The position numbers were made by a program, and so were the translations under genes. The notes beneath the pieces were generated by a model that made no database searches, was not told the DNA's origin, and saw nothing but the letters and a program-made list of their open reading frames with translations. DNA of 64,000 nucleotides from Octopus sinensis (taxonomy: Eukaryota). This document shows, one piece after another, positions 25,073 to 37,110 of the stretch (its first letter is position 1; the number at the start of each line of letters is the position of its first letter). Location: the NCBI RefSeq assembly GCF_006345805.1, contig NC_043000.1, positions 137,516,001 to 137,580,000 of the forward strand, written 5' to 3'.

Positions 25073-25144
25073 GGTCACTGCATGGAATCGAACTCGGAAT
25101 CTTGGGAGTAGTAGCCCGCGGTCTTAACCACTACGCCATATGCC
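25073..25144 (-). ncRNA. tRNA-derived (Arg-like) Pol III cassette; not a functional tRNA
   Basis: 72 nt, GGCATATGGCGTAGTGG...AAGATTCCGAGTTCGATTCC...GTGACC. A- and B-boxes are present. The AAGATTCC-GTTCGA segment resembles tRNA-Arg(ACG). The acceptor stem is imperfect. Confidence 0.7.
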
Positions 25145-25182
25145 AGTGGGCAATTATGGAGAGAATTTTGGGGCTCATAACT

Positions 25183-25509
25183 CTAATATTCTCCTATTAA
25201 TACCGGTTCCCATATGCTGTTCATATCTGCACTTGGTCTGCTTAGGAGGTTGTTGTGTTCTAGCATATATACTGTTTCTTTTAGTTTTCGTATTTTCCAG
25301 TGTTCTCTGTCTATTATTTTACTTTCATCACACAGGAGGAGGTGGTCTCCATATTTGCATACATGATCTGCTATACACGATTTTTCAATATCTCCTCGTG
25401 TCACAGCTTTGCGATATTCCTCTATCCTTATTTTGAGGGGGCGACATGTTTCACCTTTGTACAACCTACCACAGCTGCATGGGATGGAGTACACGCAGTT
25501 CTTAGCCAT
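25183..25509 (-). pseudogene. PLE GIY-YIG endonuclease remnant
   Basis: NCVYSIPCSCGRLYKGETCRPLKIRIEEY...IADHV...RKLKE is the PLE-type GIY-YIG signature. The RT is absent. Confidence 0.85.
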
Positions 25510-26417
25510 TTTCTATTCTATTGGTGGTTTTAATCAACGAATAACAAACGTGACGGACGTGTATCAGCGAGCTTCTTGCGAAGTTGGATTAAATCTATAA
25601 TCATCGACAAACAAGATTTAAGAAACAATAAAAATATGAAAGGAAATTTGTCCCTAATTTGTCCCTAATATCAATCAGGATACCGAAACATTTCTTTTAT
25701 ATATGAAATATAGGTGCCCTCAGTCACGTAGTTGTAGAAAAACAAGCGCTTGATAATATAAACAACATGCGGTGATGCAACCTGCCTATATATGAATTGA
25801 AGCAATATGCGAGAATGTAATGTCGCTTCAGAAAAACATTCTGAGTACAAATAATAATCGTACATGCAATCTCATCTCTACACAAATACACATAAATGTA
25901 AAAAAAAATAATGCGTTTTGAATGCCACAACAATGCCAATGCAATATAGTAACGTAGTTCTAATAGTGAATTGATGTGCCATTCAAAACACATTATTCTT
26001 TACAAACAGTACACAGTGCTTCAAGCGAACTACAATTCTCTCTTACATAAATGTAATGTTTATATAATTCACACTTGCACCTGTACATCTCATACATGAA
26101 CAAGACAACGTAGCGCACACAGTGTTTAAACAAATTGAAAGAGATACATAATAATAAAAATACATATAAAATGTAATATGTCTAATTTTAAATAGAGAAA
26201 AGAAAAACAGATATGCTCTGAAATGAAACTTCGAAAACAAATAAAGGCTAATTACTCTCTATGAGCTTGAAGCGTTTAAGATACGAAAACAAAAATAGCA
26301 TACAACAAGAGACGGTGATCGACGGAAAACTTACCTCTGAACAGGAAGGCCCCTCTAATACTGTACAGCCCAAGCGGAAAACAAAACCAAAAGAGAACAG
26401 TGGGCAGATGACGACAG

Positions 26418-26575
26418 CAGTTGGAGCAAAGGTAGCATCTGAAGACGGTTAGAATACCAGTGATTGTGGGAGCACTTGAAATAGCCAGTAAAGGAACTAA
26501 AAATTTGTTGAGAATGATCCCTGGATTATCATTCATGCAGGAAACGCAAAAGATAGTATTAAGTGTTAACTGCAA
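26418..26575 (+). pseudogene. R4/Dong-like RLE C-terminal fragment, family C
   Basis: QLEQR*HLKTVRIPVIVGALEIASKGTKNLLRMIPGLSFMQETQKIVL matches the IPVIVGALG...QK..L motif. Confidence 0.7.
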
Positions 26576-26586
26576 ACGTAATCATA

Positions 26587-26703
26587 TTCTATATGAAAAG
26601 AAAAAATGGTGACGTAGGACTGATTAGTATAGTCCATTGTATTAGGAGTGAAAGGAGAACGCTTGCCGAGTATTTGATAAATAGTGACGAAGATCTGCAG
26701 TAA
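26587..26703 (+). pseudogene. R4-like post-RT fragment, partly repeated at ~27040-27098
   Basis: FYMKRKNGDVGLISIVHCIRSERRTLAEYLINSDEDL resembles the RLYxxRKxGGRGLxSI motif. Confidence 0.55.
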
Positions 26704-26839
26704 TATACCGGGTCCCATATTATTATTGATATCTTTAAATGCTATATGTAGGACGATGGTGATAATGATAATTACTGTGGTTATGGAGGCGACTCGATGC
26801 GTTATTTATATATATCTGTGTATGTACATACATACTTCT

Positions 26840-27035
26840 TATTTCTTATTTCTTATTGCCCACAAGGGGCTAAACACAGAGAGGACAAATAAGGAGAGAC
26901 AAACGGATTAAGTCGATTATATCGACCCCAGTGCGTAACTGGTACTTATTCAATCGACCCCGAAAGGATGAAAGGCAAAGTCATCCTCGGCGGAATTTGA
27001 ACTCTGAACGTAGCGGCAGACGAAATACCGAAATA
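26840..27035 (-). mobile_element. SINE family S2
   Basis: Reverse complement of the S2 body and tail (TCGACCCCGAAAGGATGAAAGGCAAAGTC...GGAATTTGAACTC). Confidence 0.88.
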
Positions 27036-27948
27036 CTGGAAGACTAATTAGTATAGACAATTGTATAAGGAGTGAAAGGAGAACGCTTGCCGACGAAGAT
27101 AATGACAATGGTGATGATGATGTTTTTAAATACAAACATGGGATTGTTAATTGTTAATTGTGGGCTTCTATGTCAAACTGTAATTTCTTCTGTTCCTCCG
27201 AATACTGCCTTCTACCTACTTCATCCACAAATGATTTGGCAGGATATTTTGTTATATGCCCATAATCACTCCCAAGTCATCGTCACTCGTCCTCCATTGA
27301 ATCTCTCTGGGATGTGGGATTTGATTTTCCACCGACTCAGTTATCTGGCGAGGAGAATGCGGTGAGCGTATAGCTATGTGCATTATATTGCCTCTTCAAA
27401 CCTTTCACCTAACGATTCTGCCATCTGACCGCCTTATGCTTTCCAAATGTTGAAAACAGCTAAGCACTACAGGTCGGATATAGTCATATATTTGTAATTG
27501 TCTTATTACACGTGTGTCTGTATAATCATTACAAATCTAACACTTATATTTGATACACAGACTTCCACAAAAAGAGGGTAACATTTAACAAATCATTCAC
27601 GTTGAAATGTGTTTGACTTCAGACAGCCTTCGAAGGTAATGCATAATTTATTTTGATTCATAAATCATGATCAACTATTTTCTTAAAACACGAAAGCACT
27701 TTTTGTAGTGAAAACGCTGGAAATCTTAATGAATTCAATAGCTGTATTGTTATTTCGTGAAACTAAACATATCTAATATTTTCGATACGGAACACAGGAT
27801 AGTGTAAAGAAATATACCAAAACCTTTACGGTATATATTTTTGTAATGTGTTCAGGCTGTGTCGAATCAGACTTGTCTGAAAATACGTAAGTTTGTTGAG
27901 CCGGATTAAACTAAGTTTCCCGTTAATCACACTGTGGGAGTGAGAAAG

Positions 27949-27984
<36 letters not shown>

Positions 27985-28743
27985 AAGAAAGAAAGAAAGT
28001 AAGAGAGAAAGAGAGAGAGAATGAGAGAGTATGTCCCACTCGTAGACTAGTGAAATCGATGCGAGACAAGTGTTAGTTTTAAACTTGGGTACGTCAACAT
28101 TGTAGGAAAGCAGGTCACGGGTAAAAGTTCTGGAGAAAATGAATTCAATTGGTTGTTTATTGTAGTTTTCTCTTCTGTATGTTACGTCTATAAACATTTC
28201 TCTGCGGCCAAGCATACAGTTACGGCCAAAATGTTCAAAACGACATTGTTTTCGTCAGAAAAGTAGGTATAAGTTTTTATCAAAGTTGTTTTATATTCTA
28301 TAATTTTCACAGACAATAAATATGATATTATTTGTTATCGGCTGCGATTTTTGTGTAATTTGAGAGGATAATGGAAAAGTTATGGATGATTTAGTGATTT
28401 ACTGTTCAGTCAATAGTTATTCCTATTGAGGGTGTGAGTGATTTCAGAATCTTTCCACATTTCTAACACATCGGTAGGTCACGTAATTTGGTTCATGTAT
28501 GGTAGGAATGGGATGTTGTTAGTGAACAGAAGTTTGTTTCATGCCATTTTAATAATATCAGTGTATTGCGATCGTTTCGCCTTTCACGATGATCCATTTC
28601 ACTGGTACAGTTGGTCGTCCTTACACTGCGTTCTCATACATGTTATATGATGTATTGCATTCCTATTTCATATTTTCTCTTTGATTTGGTTTTGCATATC
28701 CTACTGATGTCATTACAGAGAATTAAAAGAACTGTGATTAAAT

Positions 28744-28968
28744 TACTCTTTACTCCTTTACTTGTTTCAGTCATTTAACTGCGGCCATGCTGGAGCGCTT
28801 TTAGTCGAGCAAATCGACCCCAGGACTTATTCTTTGTAAGCCTAGTACTTATTCTAACGGTCCTTTTTGCCGAACCGCTAAGTTATGGGGACGTAAACAC
28901 ACCAGCATCGGTTGTCAAGCGATGTTGGGGGTACAAAAACAGACACACAAACATATACACACACATAC

Positions 28969-28999
<31 letters not shown>

Positions 29000-29167
29000 C
29001 ACATACATACGACGGGCTTCTTTCAGTTTCCGTCTACCCAATCCACTCACAAGGCTTTGGTTGGCCCGAGGCTATAGTAGAAGACACTTGCCCAAAGTGT
29101 CACACAGTGGGACTGAACCCGGAACCATGTGGTTGGTAAGCAATCTGCTTACCACACAGCCACTCCT
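28744..29167 (-). mobile_element. SINE family S1 (tRNA head, CCTTGGGCAAG domain, internal microsatellite, LINE-like tail)
   Basis: Head AGGAGTGGCTGTGTGGTAAG, B-box GGGTTCAGTCCC, internal (TA)/(CA) tract, tail GCTCCAGCATGGCCGCAGT...GAAACAAGTAAAG. Confidence 0.88.
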
Positions 29168-29469
29168 AGCTGGTTACATAGTTAAGTATAAACTAAATAT
29201 TGAGAAGCGTATGCTTGTGAGAGCTGACATAGCTGAAGACGTAATCTAACGCCAAACCGATCACTGAGCGGTAACTGAGACGTCATCTATCAGAAACAAC
29301 AATATATATGATAATGTACTCTTGTTGACAATTTAAATATTGCAATTTAAACAGCCCCAGAAGATGGTAGGAAATAGAAAAACTAATATATTATGAGATT
29401 CATCCATCACATAGCAGAACAATTTCCATAATTTCTGGTTGCTCTGCTTGAAATCACGGTGAGTGAGTG

Positions 29470-30130
29470 AGCTCAGAGATCACTTGTTTATTAAAACGAG
29501 ATTGAATGTTGGTTTATTCAAGCAAGCTAAACAAAGCTCAGCTTGGACCTGTCGGGATACGTGTGTGCACAATTTACTCTTCGCTGATAATTCGGCGAGA
29601 AAAACGACACATTTGTTTGAATACGTGATGATAGACTTCGTCCTACCAATAGGATCGATATAAGAGACTAACTCTTGTTTTCGATGAATCCTGGGGTGCT
29701 GGAACATGAACCGCCGACTATCATGAACATAAATTCTTTTCTGAGTGTTGGGAAGAAATTCACATATCCCGGCAGTGCAAATTCTGAAGATAACAACCAA
29801 AACACAGAGGCAGATCACTGTATAAAGTCAGCTGTGGTCTTTTTCGAGGAGGTCAATAATGGATTGCTGTAAGAAAAAAAGTTTAAGTTGCTCAACAGAA
29901 TGCAGAATGTACGGAGGGTAATTCTGTTGTGCTTGTGCTGTTCGGGTGAGAATGAGAGGTCGTAATGCCGATATATGAAAAGCTGTGTTGCATGTGGACC
30001 AGAAACGATTTATAAGGAAACTTCATGGTGAGATGATATTTCCTGCCAAGAAGTTTGCACCATGCAAATATAGTGGAGACACATTTCAGCTGAGCGAGGC
30101 TCATGGTTCGTATGGAGAACCCGGATAGTG
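29470..30130 (+). pseudogene. Decayed RTE (BovB-like) LINE RT region
   Basis: Frameshifted pieces IKTRLNVGLF, HNLLFADNS and KKFTYPGSANSEDNNQNTEADHCIKSA align to RTE motifs (LLFADD, FTYLGS..S.D...D.EI..RI). Confidence 0.6.
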
Positions 30131-30713
30131 CCGTAAAAGTTATGCCAATGAAATAATAAAGTTACAATAAAACAAAAACTGAAGTACAACAGTGTATGCA
30201 ATATGCTCTTCCGGGAGTATACCGATATCAGTTTTAACACAAAATTTTGAATAAAAATTCTGAGAAATTTGTAGTATATATATTCTTGCTTATCTAACAA
30301 ATGCATATATTCAATTTTGTTTTGATTCCAAAACATTTTAATTACATTGATACAATATCGGCTTCAAGAGTATGATTTTTGCTTTAGCGGCATTAACTAT
30401 TTTGCATAATTCGTTTGCCTTTTCACCTCTGAGAGTTGTAACATTTCTTTTAATCAGATTTTGTGTTAATACAAAGTCATACAGCATTATATTCGACCAT
30501 AAACACACAAATAGTTTAATATGCAAAGATATGTAAAGATATTTTCACGTATTTCATAGTGTCTCGATATAAATCATTAATATTATAGATGTTACGTATA
30601 GTATAACGGATAAATTGTCTCATCGTCTACACTAATACAGAACACAGGTACACACCAGACAAGCAACATTACACATCCACTTGCTCATATGCACATACAT
30701 ATATAAATACATA

Positions 30714-31000
30714 CAATGGCCCAGTGGTTAGGGCAGCGGATTCGCGGTCATAATATCGCGGTTTCGATTCCCAGACCGGGCGTTGTGTGTGTTTATTGAG
30801 CAAAAACACCTAAAAAGCTCCACGAGGCTCCGGCAGGGGGTGGTGATCCCTGCTGTACTCTTTCACCACTCTTTCTTCTGTTGGCCTACTCGCTTAGCCG
30901 GCGGGGTGGCGTCATTTGAAGGCTAAAACAATGCGAATGCATTGTGACTAGCGATGTGTAGCAACATCTGATGGTCTGGTCGGTCACGTGATCACGTGAT
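30714..31000 (+). mobile_element. SINE family S3 (same head as the 56.9 and 57.5 kb copies, different 3' body)
   Basis: CAATGGCCCAGTGGTTAGGGCAGCGG...GGTTTCGATTCCCAGACCGGGCGTTGTG. Ends GTCACGTGATCACGTGAT. Confidence 0.85.
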
Positions 31001-31136
31001 ATATATAAATATGCATACATACATATATATATATGTGTGTATATATAATACATGTATATTCCCTAATATTATCATTATATATATACATGAATATACATGC
31101 TTACTTACATACATACATACAAAATAATATCTACCC

Positions 31137-31619
31137 CGGAGGTATGACATACTTGCAAAGACTATTTATAATGCTATCAGCAGGAAAGTCTCCCCTGACG
31201 TATACGTCAAAGGCATGTCAGAATCAGCAGGTATTCACACCTTTAAACACAAAGAATTCTGGTGGCACAGTCCAATTGAAACAACAATACGGTGCAAAGA
31301 TATCGGACTTTATATTGTTTGTTGGGACAGGCAACAAAAACCAAGCACTGTTTTAGGGATCAGCTGCCCAGCGGATGTGAAAATACACTCAAAAGCCCAG
31401 GGAAAAGAGAACATTTTTGCCTAATTACTGTGCTACATTTAGCTCTCGTACTGTATCTATGAATTCTCATTTCTACCTTCCATCATGGCTGCATTTGCAC
31501 AAAATACTAGAAATACTCGGTTTCGCGGAGAAAGAGCAAACAGAATGTAGGTTCTCCAAATGCAATCTATTAGTGGCACAATGAAGATTTGCAAAGCATT
31601 ACAAACATTTTCCATCTGA
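31137..31619 (+). pseudogene. RLE-type (R4/NeSL-like) retrotransposon C-terminal domain, family D
   Basis: One frame with stops: RRYDILAKTIYN...EFWWHSPIET...WDRQQ..ISCPADVKI..K..KENIF...LQMQSISGTMKICK..F*. This follows the RHD / WW / SCPAD / QSISGT pattern. Confidence 0.75.
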
Positions 31620-31799
31620 GATGTACACACTTGGATGCATGCATCGACAATTCAAGTAACACAACAGCTCAACCACATATTTACACACACAGGAAACTTC
31701 CTTGACTCAAAAAGTCTTATTGCTTTGTTAGCAAGCGGCTTGAACTCCCGAGAAGTTAGATAAAACTCAAAGAAAAATCATACTATTATGTATTTTATC

Positions 31800-32145
31800 T
31801 TTTACAGCAGCCATGCTTGGGCACTGCCTAGAAGAACTTTTTAGTCGAAAGAATCGACCCCAGCAATTATATTTTTTGGACACCAACACACCAACGTCGG
31901 TTGTCAAGTGATAGTTGTGGTTGGGTGTCGGTCAAACAGACACAGAGACACGCTTCACACACAAAGGCGCGCTCCCACACATGCATACACATATACGACG
32001 GGCTCTCTCAGTTTCCGTGTACCCAATCGTGACACAAGCCTTTGGTCGTTCCGAGGTTACAAATGGAAACACCTGCCCAAGGTGCCACTCAGTGCACTGA
32101 GTCCGGCCCCACGTTGTTGCGAAGCAAACTCCTGAACACACAACT
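31800..32145 (-). mobile_element. SINE family S1, diverged
   Basis: GCCATGCTTGGGCAC, GACGGGCTCTCTCAGTTTCCGT and CTGCCCAAGGTGCCAC segments. Confidence 0.75.
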
Positions 32146-32869
32146 TTATATATATATAGCATATATGCGTACATATATATATATATATATATGCGTGTGT
32201 ACATATATATATATATGTGTGTACATATATATATGTATATATATATATGTGTGTGTGTATGCGTATGTATATATATACACAATTATCTGAAACCAATATC
32301 CGCAAACGGAAAATAGAACTCAAAACATATGTATATAAATATTTTGTTAATATTTAGCAGAAGTTACGGGTTGACTCAGGGACTTAGAGTTCTGTGCGTT
32401 GGCACTTATCAAGCTAAAAATTATACACACGCATATAGAAATGTATATGGATATCTATCTATCTATGTATCTATCTATCTATCTATCTATACATACATAC
32501 ATATATACACACATACATACACTGCTGAATCTTCCATACATACATAGATGCATGCATACATACATAGATGCATGCATGCATACATACATACATGCATACA
32601 TACATACAAGCAAAAATACCCTGCTGTCAATGTTGAAATTCCAATGAAGGAACTTTAGATCTAGATTAGAAACCGCATCTTGCCCTTTTGGCCAGCAATC
32701 TTGAAATAAAACTGAACAACGACAAACATATGTATATATGAGTGTGTTTCTGTATGTGTATGTATTCACATTTGTATGTATACATCAGTATATATATATA
32801 TAGCTCTCCTTCTCCCCACTTTCTCTATATAAATATATATATATATATATATCTACACGAATGCATATG

Positions 32870-32904
<35 letters not shown>

Positions 32905-35009
32905 TTGTGTGTGTGTGTATTTGTGTGTGTAGGAGGATATAAACACACGTACATATAAATATTGTGTATGTGTTTACAATAGAAATCCTCTTTGAATATC
33001 TTACTTTACAGATATGCTTAGTGAATAGCAGCTAATAGAGTCAAACATTAAAACAGACATCGTGATGTTAAGATATTCAACAATAATGTTGAAATATGCA
33101 GTTTTACATTAGTGGTAAAATATAATGCCCAAAGGAAAACAAGATTTCCATCAAAGATAAACGACTTTAAAGAGCCGCTGCAATAAAGAAAACTTAATTA
33201 TGAAGCCATGAAATAGCAACCCGCTCACACATTCTCTTAAGCACATTAAATGTTATAATGAACATATTATACCAAAATACTACGGACAAAGCATTAACAA
33301 TGCTTTTAAATATATCAATAATGCATGCTACCGACATGAATCAACGCCACATACAAATATGTGATGTTTAGAAAATTTCGTAAAGCATAAATATATGCAC
33401 ATAAATAAAATTTTCTGATTTAAGCATACAACATTATCCTGTTTCAATGGTACTAGAAAATTGTAACAAAAAATGTTTTCCTCGCATTTTAATACCATAT
33501 AAAATCATATTTCTATATCGAAGTGATAAGTTTTGCAACCACAAAGTTCTGGGTTATATTACCCTTCGTGTCACATAGGGCATGTAATTTCTCCTGTAGA
33601 AATTCTGCGGAATTAACACAGATTAAGAGAATGGGGCTGACAACAATTACAAAACACAGCAATAAGTAGGTAATGATGTATATACTTAATGCTACAAAAG
33701 AACGATAAGTAGAACTCCAAAATAGGAGAGCAGGCAAACAAGACAAGTCAGTGTATCAAAACAAAATTGCGGTTTACGCTTGCAAATCAAAGGGAAATGA
33801 TTTTCTCCAGTTCTTGCCATTGGCAAACACTTAAATAGTTATAAACATAGACTACTTAATCACGCTGAATTTACCAGTCTCACCAATCATTCATAGATTG
33901 AAATGGAGGGTGACATCATTCTAATTATCATTACCTTCCTCCTTACGTGATACTTGAAAAAGTAATGAAAATTCATCCAGAAAAGGAAAGCTCGTTCTCT
34001 AAACCTTTTACTTTACCAAACCCACCAGAGAGAAGACTTTTAGTTGACCTTCGCAACAGACTCGGTTAATACCTGGCCTGGGTTAGTGTCTGTTATCATC
34101 AGGTAAGTTTGTGTATATCTATATGTAGTGCAGATGTGCATTCATTTATGTACAATATGTGTACAAGTATATAAAAAGTATTGGTGTCGATAGATGAAAA
34201 TCACCGAAGTCACTGTCTCATCATGGCTGCAGTTCTGTGATTGAAACAGGTCAAGATTTAAAGAGTACACATGTGTATACATTGGTTACCAGGACAACAC
34301 AGAGAAAGAAACAAAGAGAAAGAGAGAGAGAGAGAGAGAGAGTGAGAGAGAGTGTGACACTTGTGGTGCCTTTGCTATAATGATGAAAGCTGTTTATTAA
34401 TTAGTTGGAATTTACATAACTTTTACAAAAAGAAAGCAATTATTAACGTCTTTGTCTAGAAAATGTTTAAGTATTCCACTATTTGCAATGCAGGGCTCAG
34501 ATCCTTTCCACTAAATGATTAAATTTTATTTTCTGAGCCACTTATTAATGCCTTGCTGCTCTTTCACTCTCTTACTTGTTTATATATCTCTGATAGTTGA
34601 TTCCTTTGCTGAATCTTCCACTGTTCCTGCTACCGTAGTACACACGATGGAAACAAATAAAAAAAGAAATATCATTTCCCATCTCTGTGCATTTATAGAT
34701 GTGAGTTTATATAGGCTATTAATACAAAAATATACAAGTATAAAATCCGTTAGATTAACTTCAGCATTTAAATTTAATACAACTATATATCGAAGGAAAA
34801 TAGTAATTGATACAATCACCTGTATTAGAGCAAACAGTAAAATATTTTCATGCGAATTTTTTTCCAAATGACTACTCTGACATTTTTGAGTTGCCTTAAA
34901 AAACACTTTGAACATCAAAGTTTCTGAGCCTGGAACTTGGTTTAATAAAAAGCATTTGTTAAAACCAATAAATTCATTTGGATTGGATGGTTTCGAACCA
35001 GAGGACATT

Positions 35010-35640
35010 AATTTCTTCATCGATCTGGCCTTTCGCGACGAAATATCTGCTGAAACTCCCCCAAAAGCTGCAAGGAGTACCCTGCGTCGACCGTTTGCCA
35101 GCGGGAATCCAGTGGATATAGATGATGCCATAGCTGTCTAAAAATGGTAATATATCGAGCTTCTTGGGGGACTTGCTTTGCTTGAACTTCTTGGGTTTGG
35201 GGGAGCCAAGATTGGGCACTATGTTTCTTGATTTGTAGATCATAACAGTAGAACCAGCTTTCGTCACAGGTCAACAGAGACTCATACTTTTGGACTGAAG
35301 GGAATTAGCTCAATCCTCGCTCTGTTCTCATGAATAAATCTTCCCACTCTGTTCGTCGGTAAGCACTTTAGGAAATAACTATGCAGAAATGTTGCATATA
35401 TTCAGATTTTCTGCGTACAGTTGCTACTTCAAATCTAGATTATATGCTTATTGTTCTTATAGACACACGACGGTGTACATCCAGAAAATTTCTCACACAT
35501 CTCATTATCTTTCACCTCTTGTCTATCTTACTGGAATCTCTTGTGCAACGAAAGACAAACAGATGATTGACTCATGCAAGTTGATCTTTACGCAGCCTAG
35601 AGCATCTTATAAATTTGTGTAGCATTTTTGCCAAGTTTAA
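35010..35640 (-). pseudogene. mariner transposase relic
   Basis: Minus-strand pieces KLGKNATQIYKML, HRRVSI, LTCDESWFYCYD, GSPKPKKFKQSKS and FLDSYGIIYIHWIP are mariner HTH and catalytic-region motifs. There are many frameshifts and the 3' end is missing. Confidence 0.88.
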
Positions 35641-35862
35641 TACATACCTTTATTGCATAGAGAGCTTCCAGATTATCTCCATATTCCAACTACATTCTGC
35701 AAACATTAATTTGTGATAACCAGAGTTTACTGTTGGATCAAAGTTCTGTTAAAGCTGTCTGCTTCAATCGGAATAAAGATATTGTGGTCCAGACTATTAC
35801 ATGCATAGTAATGATATACCTAAATTATAATAACCTAAGACAATTATAAATGCCTCTCCTAA

Positions 35863-35941
<79 letters not shown>

Positions 35942-36399
35942 TGTGTGTGTGTATATATATGCATATACAAAGGCATATATTTATATGTATGTAGATACAT
36001 ATTTCTGTATGTATCTATAGATATAAGTGCAAGGACTTTTTTTAAAATTAAGCTATATCGTATTATTTTTTTATTTTTCTATTTTTATTTTATTTTAGTT
36101 TTTTTTTAATGTTTATCTTCATTTTCTGTGAAAGTATATGTATTGTTTTGTTTCCATTTTCATAAATGAATATATACCCACCTTCCATATCAGAATTTGA
36201 AGAAATTGTATAAGCATCAACAAACTCCACCTTTATAAAACAGGAAATTTTAAATCCCTATATGCTAGTGAAATTGCTTGTCGAACAATAAACACCCATA
36301 GAGAAATATATAAATATTAAGCCTCCACTCAAACACATTTGTGAACATCAAAGCATGAGAAAAAACAATATTCTAGACTAAAAAAGCCATGACATGCCT

Positions 36400-36780
36400 G
36401 AATAATAACCTCAGCCTTGCAAATCTAAAACGAAAATACCCTAAATATCAAAAAAGAAAGGATCAGCCTAATCTTGCCATCTACCTAAATTTTTATGTGG
36501 AAAAAAAAACTCGGTACACCCAATAACTACGAGCTTAAATACTGGACTTTGTTTCTTTGACTCTTATATTGTGAAAGCAAAAGGATTAAATCCAATAATA
36601 ACAAAACCAACAAAAATACTGTCGCAACTGAAGTCTACGAAAGGGAAACACATTCAGGCTTGTTTACTAAATTCTACAAGCATGAATAAATTCAGTTTAA
36701 ACAATATCATAACTCTAAATTTAATCAATGCCCATTTTTTTCCAAAACACATTTCCATAAAATCTTAATAACCGCCTCAC
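36400..36780 (+). pseudogene. Possible decayed PLE RT-thumb fragment
   Basis: TVATEVYERETHSGLFTKF resembles the PLE motif T.VYRK.T.TG.Y..F. The rest is poorly conserved. Confidence 0.35.
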
Positions 36781-36849
36781 TCAAATCCAAATACCGAAAG
36801 ATGGTTTTAACTCAACAGAAAAAATATAAAAACAAAACTAACACGAGAC

Positions 36850-36970
36850 CGATAGAATAAGTACTGGGCTTACAAAGAATAAGTCCCGGGGTCGATTTGC
36901 TCGACTAAAAGGCGGTGCTCCAGCATGGCCGAAGTCAAATGACTGAAACAAGTAAAAGAGTAAAAGAGTA
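36850..36970 (+). mobile_element. SINE S1, 3' half
   Basis: GATAGAATAAGTACTGGGC...GGCGGTGCTCCAGCATGGCC...GAAACAAGTAAAAGAGTAAAAGAG. Confidence 0.85.
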
Positions 36971-37053
36971 ATGAACCGCAGTTCGACGATGACTTAACTG
37001 ACCGAATCTTTGAAGTTACTGTCAACTATATTTTCTATAATAATGATACATAT

Positions 37054-37092
<39 letters not shown>

Positions 37093-37110
37093 ACTATAGA
37101 TATATGTATA

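Larger units (their letters stand above)
24900..25620 (-). mobile_element. Penelope-like element 3' part: GIY-YIG remnant, tRNA-like cassette, (AAT)n, HHR motif
   Basis: See the sub-features. The modules are collinear on the minus strand. Confidence 0.85.

Noticed and set aside
25073-25144. Functional tRNA gene (also 48735-48806)
   Set aside because: Imperfect acceptor and anticodon stems and a repeat context; treated as a tRNA-derived cassette.
27140-27420. Possible RTE C-terminal relic on minus
   Set aside because: Similarity is limited to a loose W-x-P...GR-x-TW pattern.
32610-32720. Repeat tail with CCAATGAAG...GAAAC, HHR-like
   Set aside because: The core is non-canonical and stems I and III cannot be drawn in this copy.
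34040-34110. Strong donor CAG|GTAAGT at 34103, and on minus CTGATGA followed by a 7-bp stem
   Set aside because: No convincing acceptor or open frame for an exon. The stem is followed by GAAG with no stem I or III, so it is not an HHR.
34580-35131. 183-aa minus-strand ORF
   Set aside because: The first part is an off-frame reading of the mariner relic and the rest has no recognisable homology.
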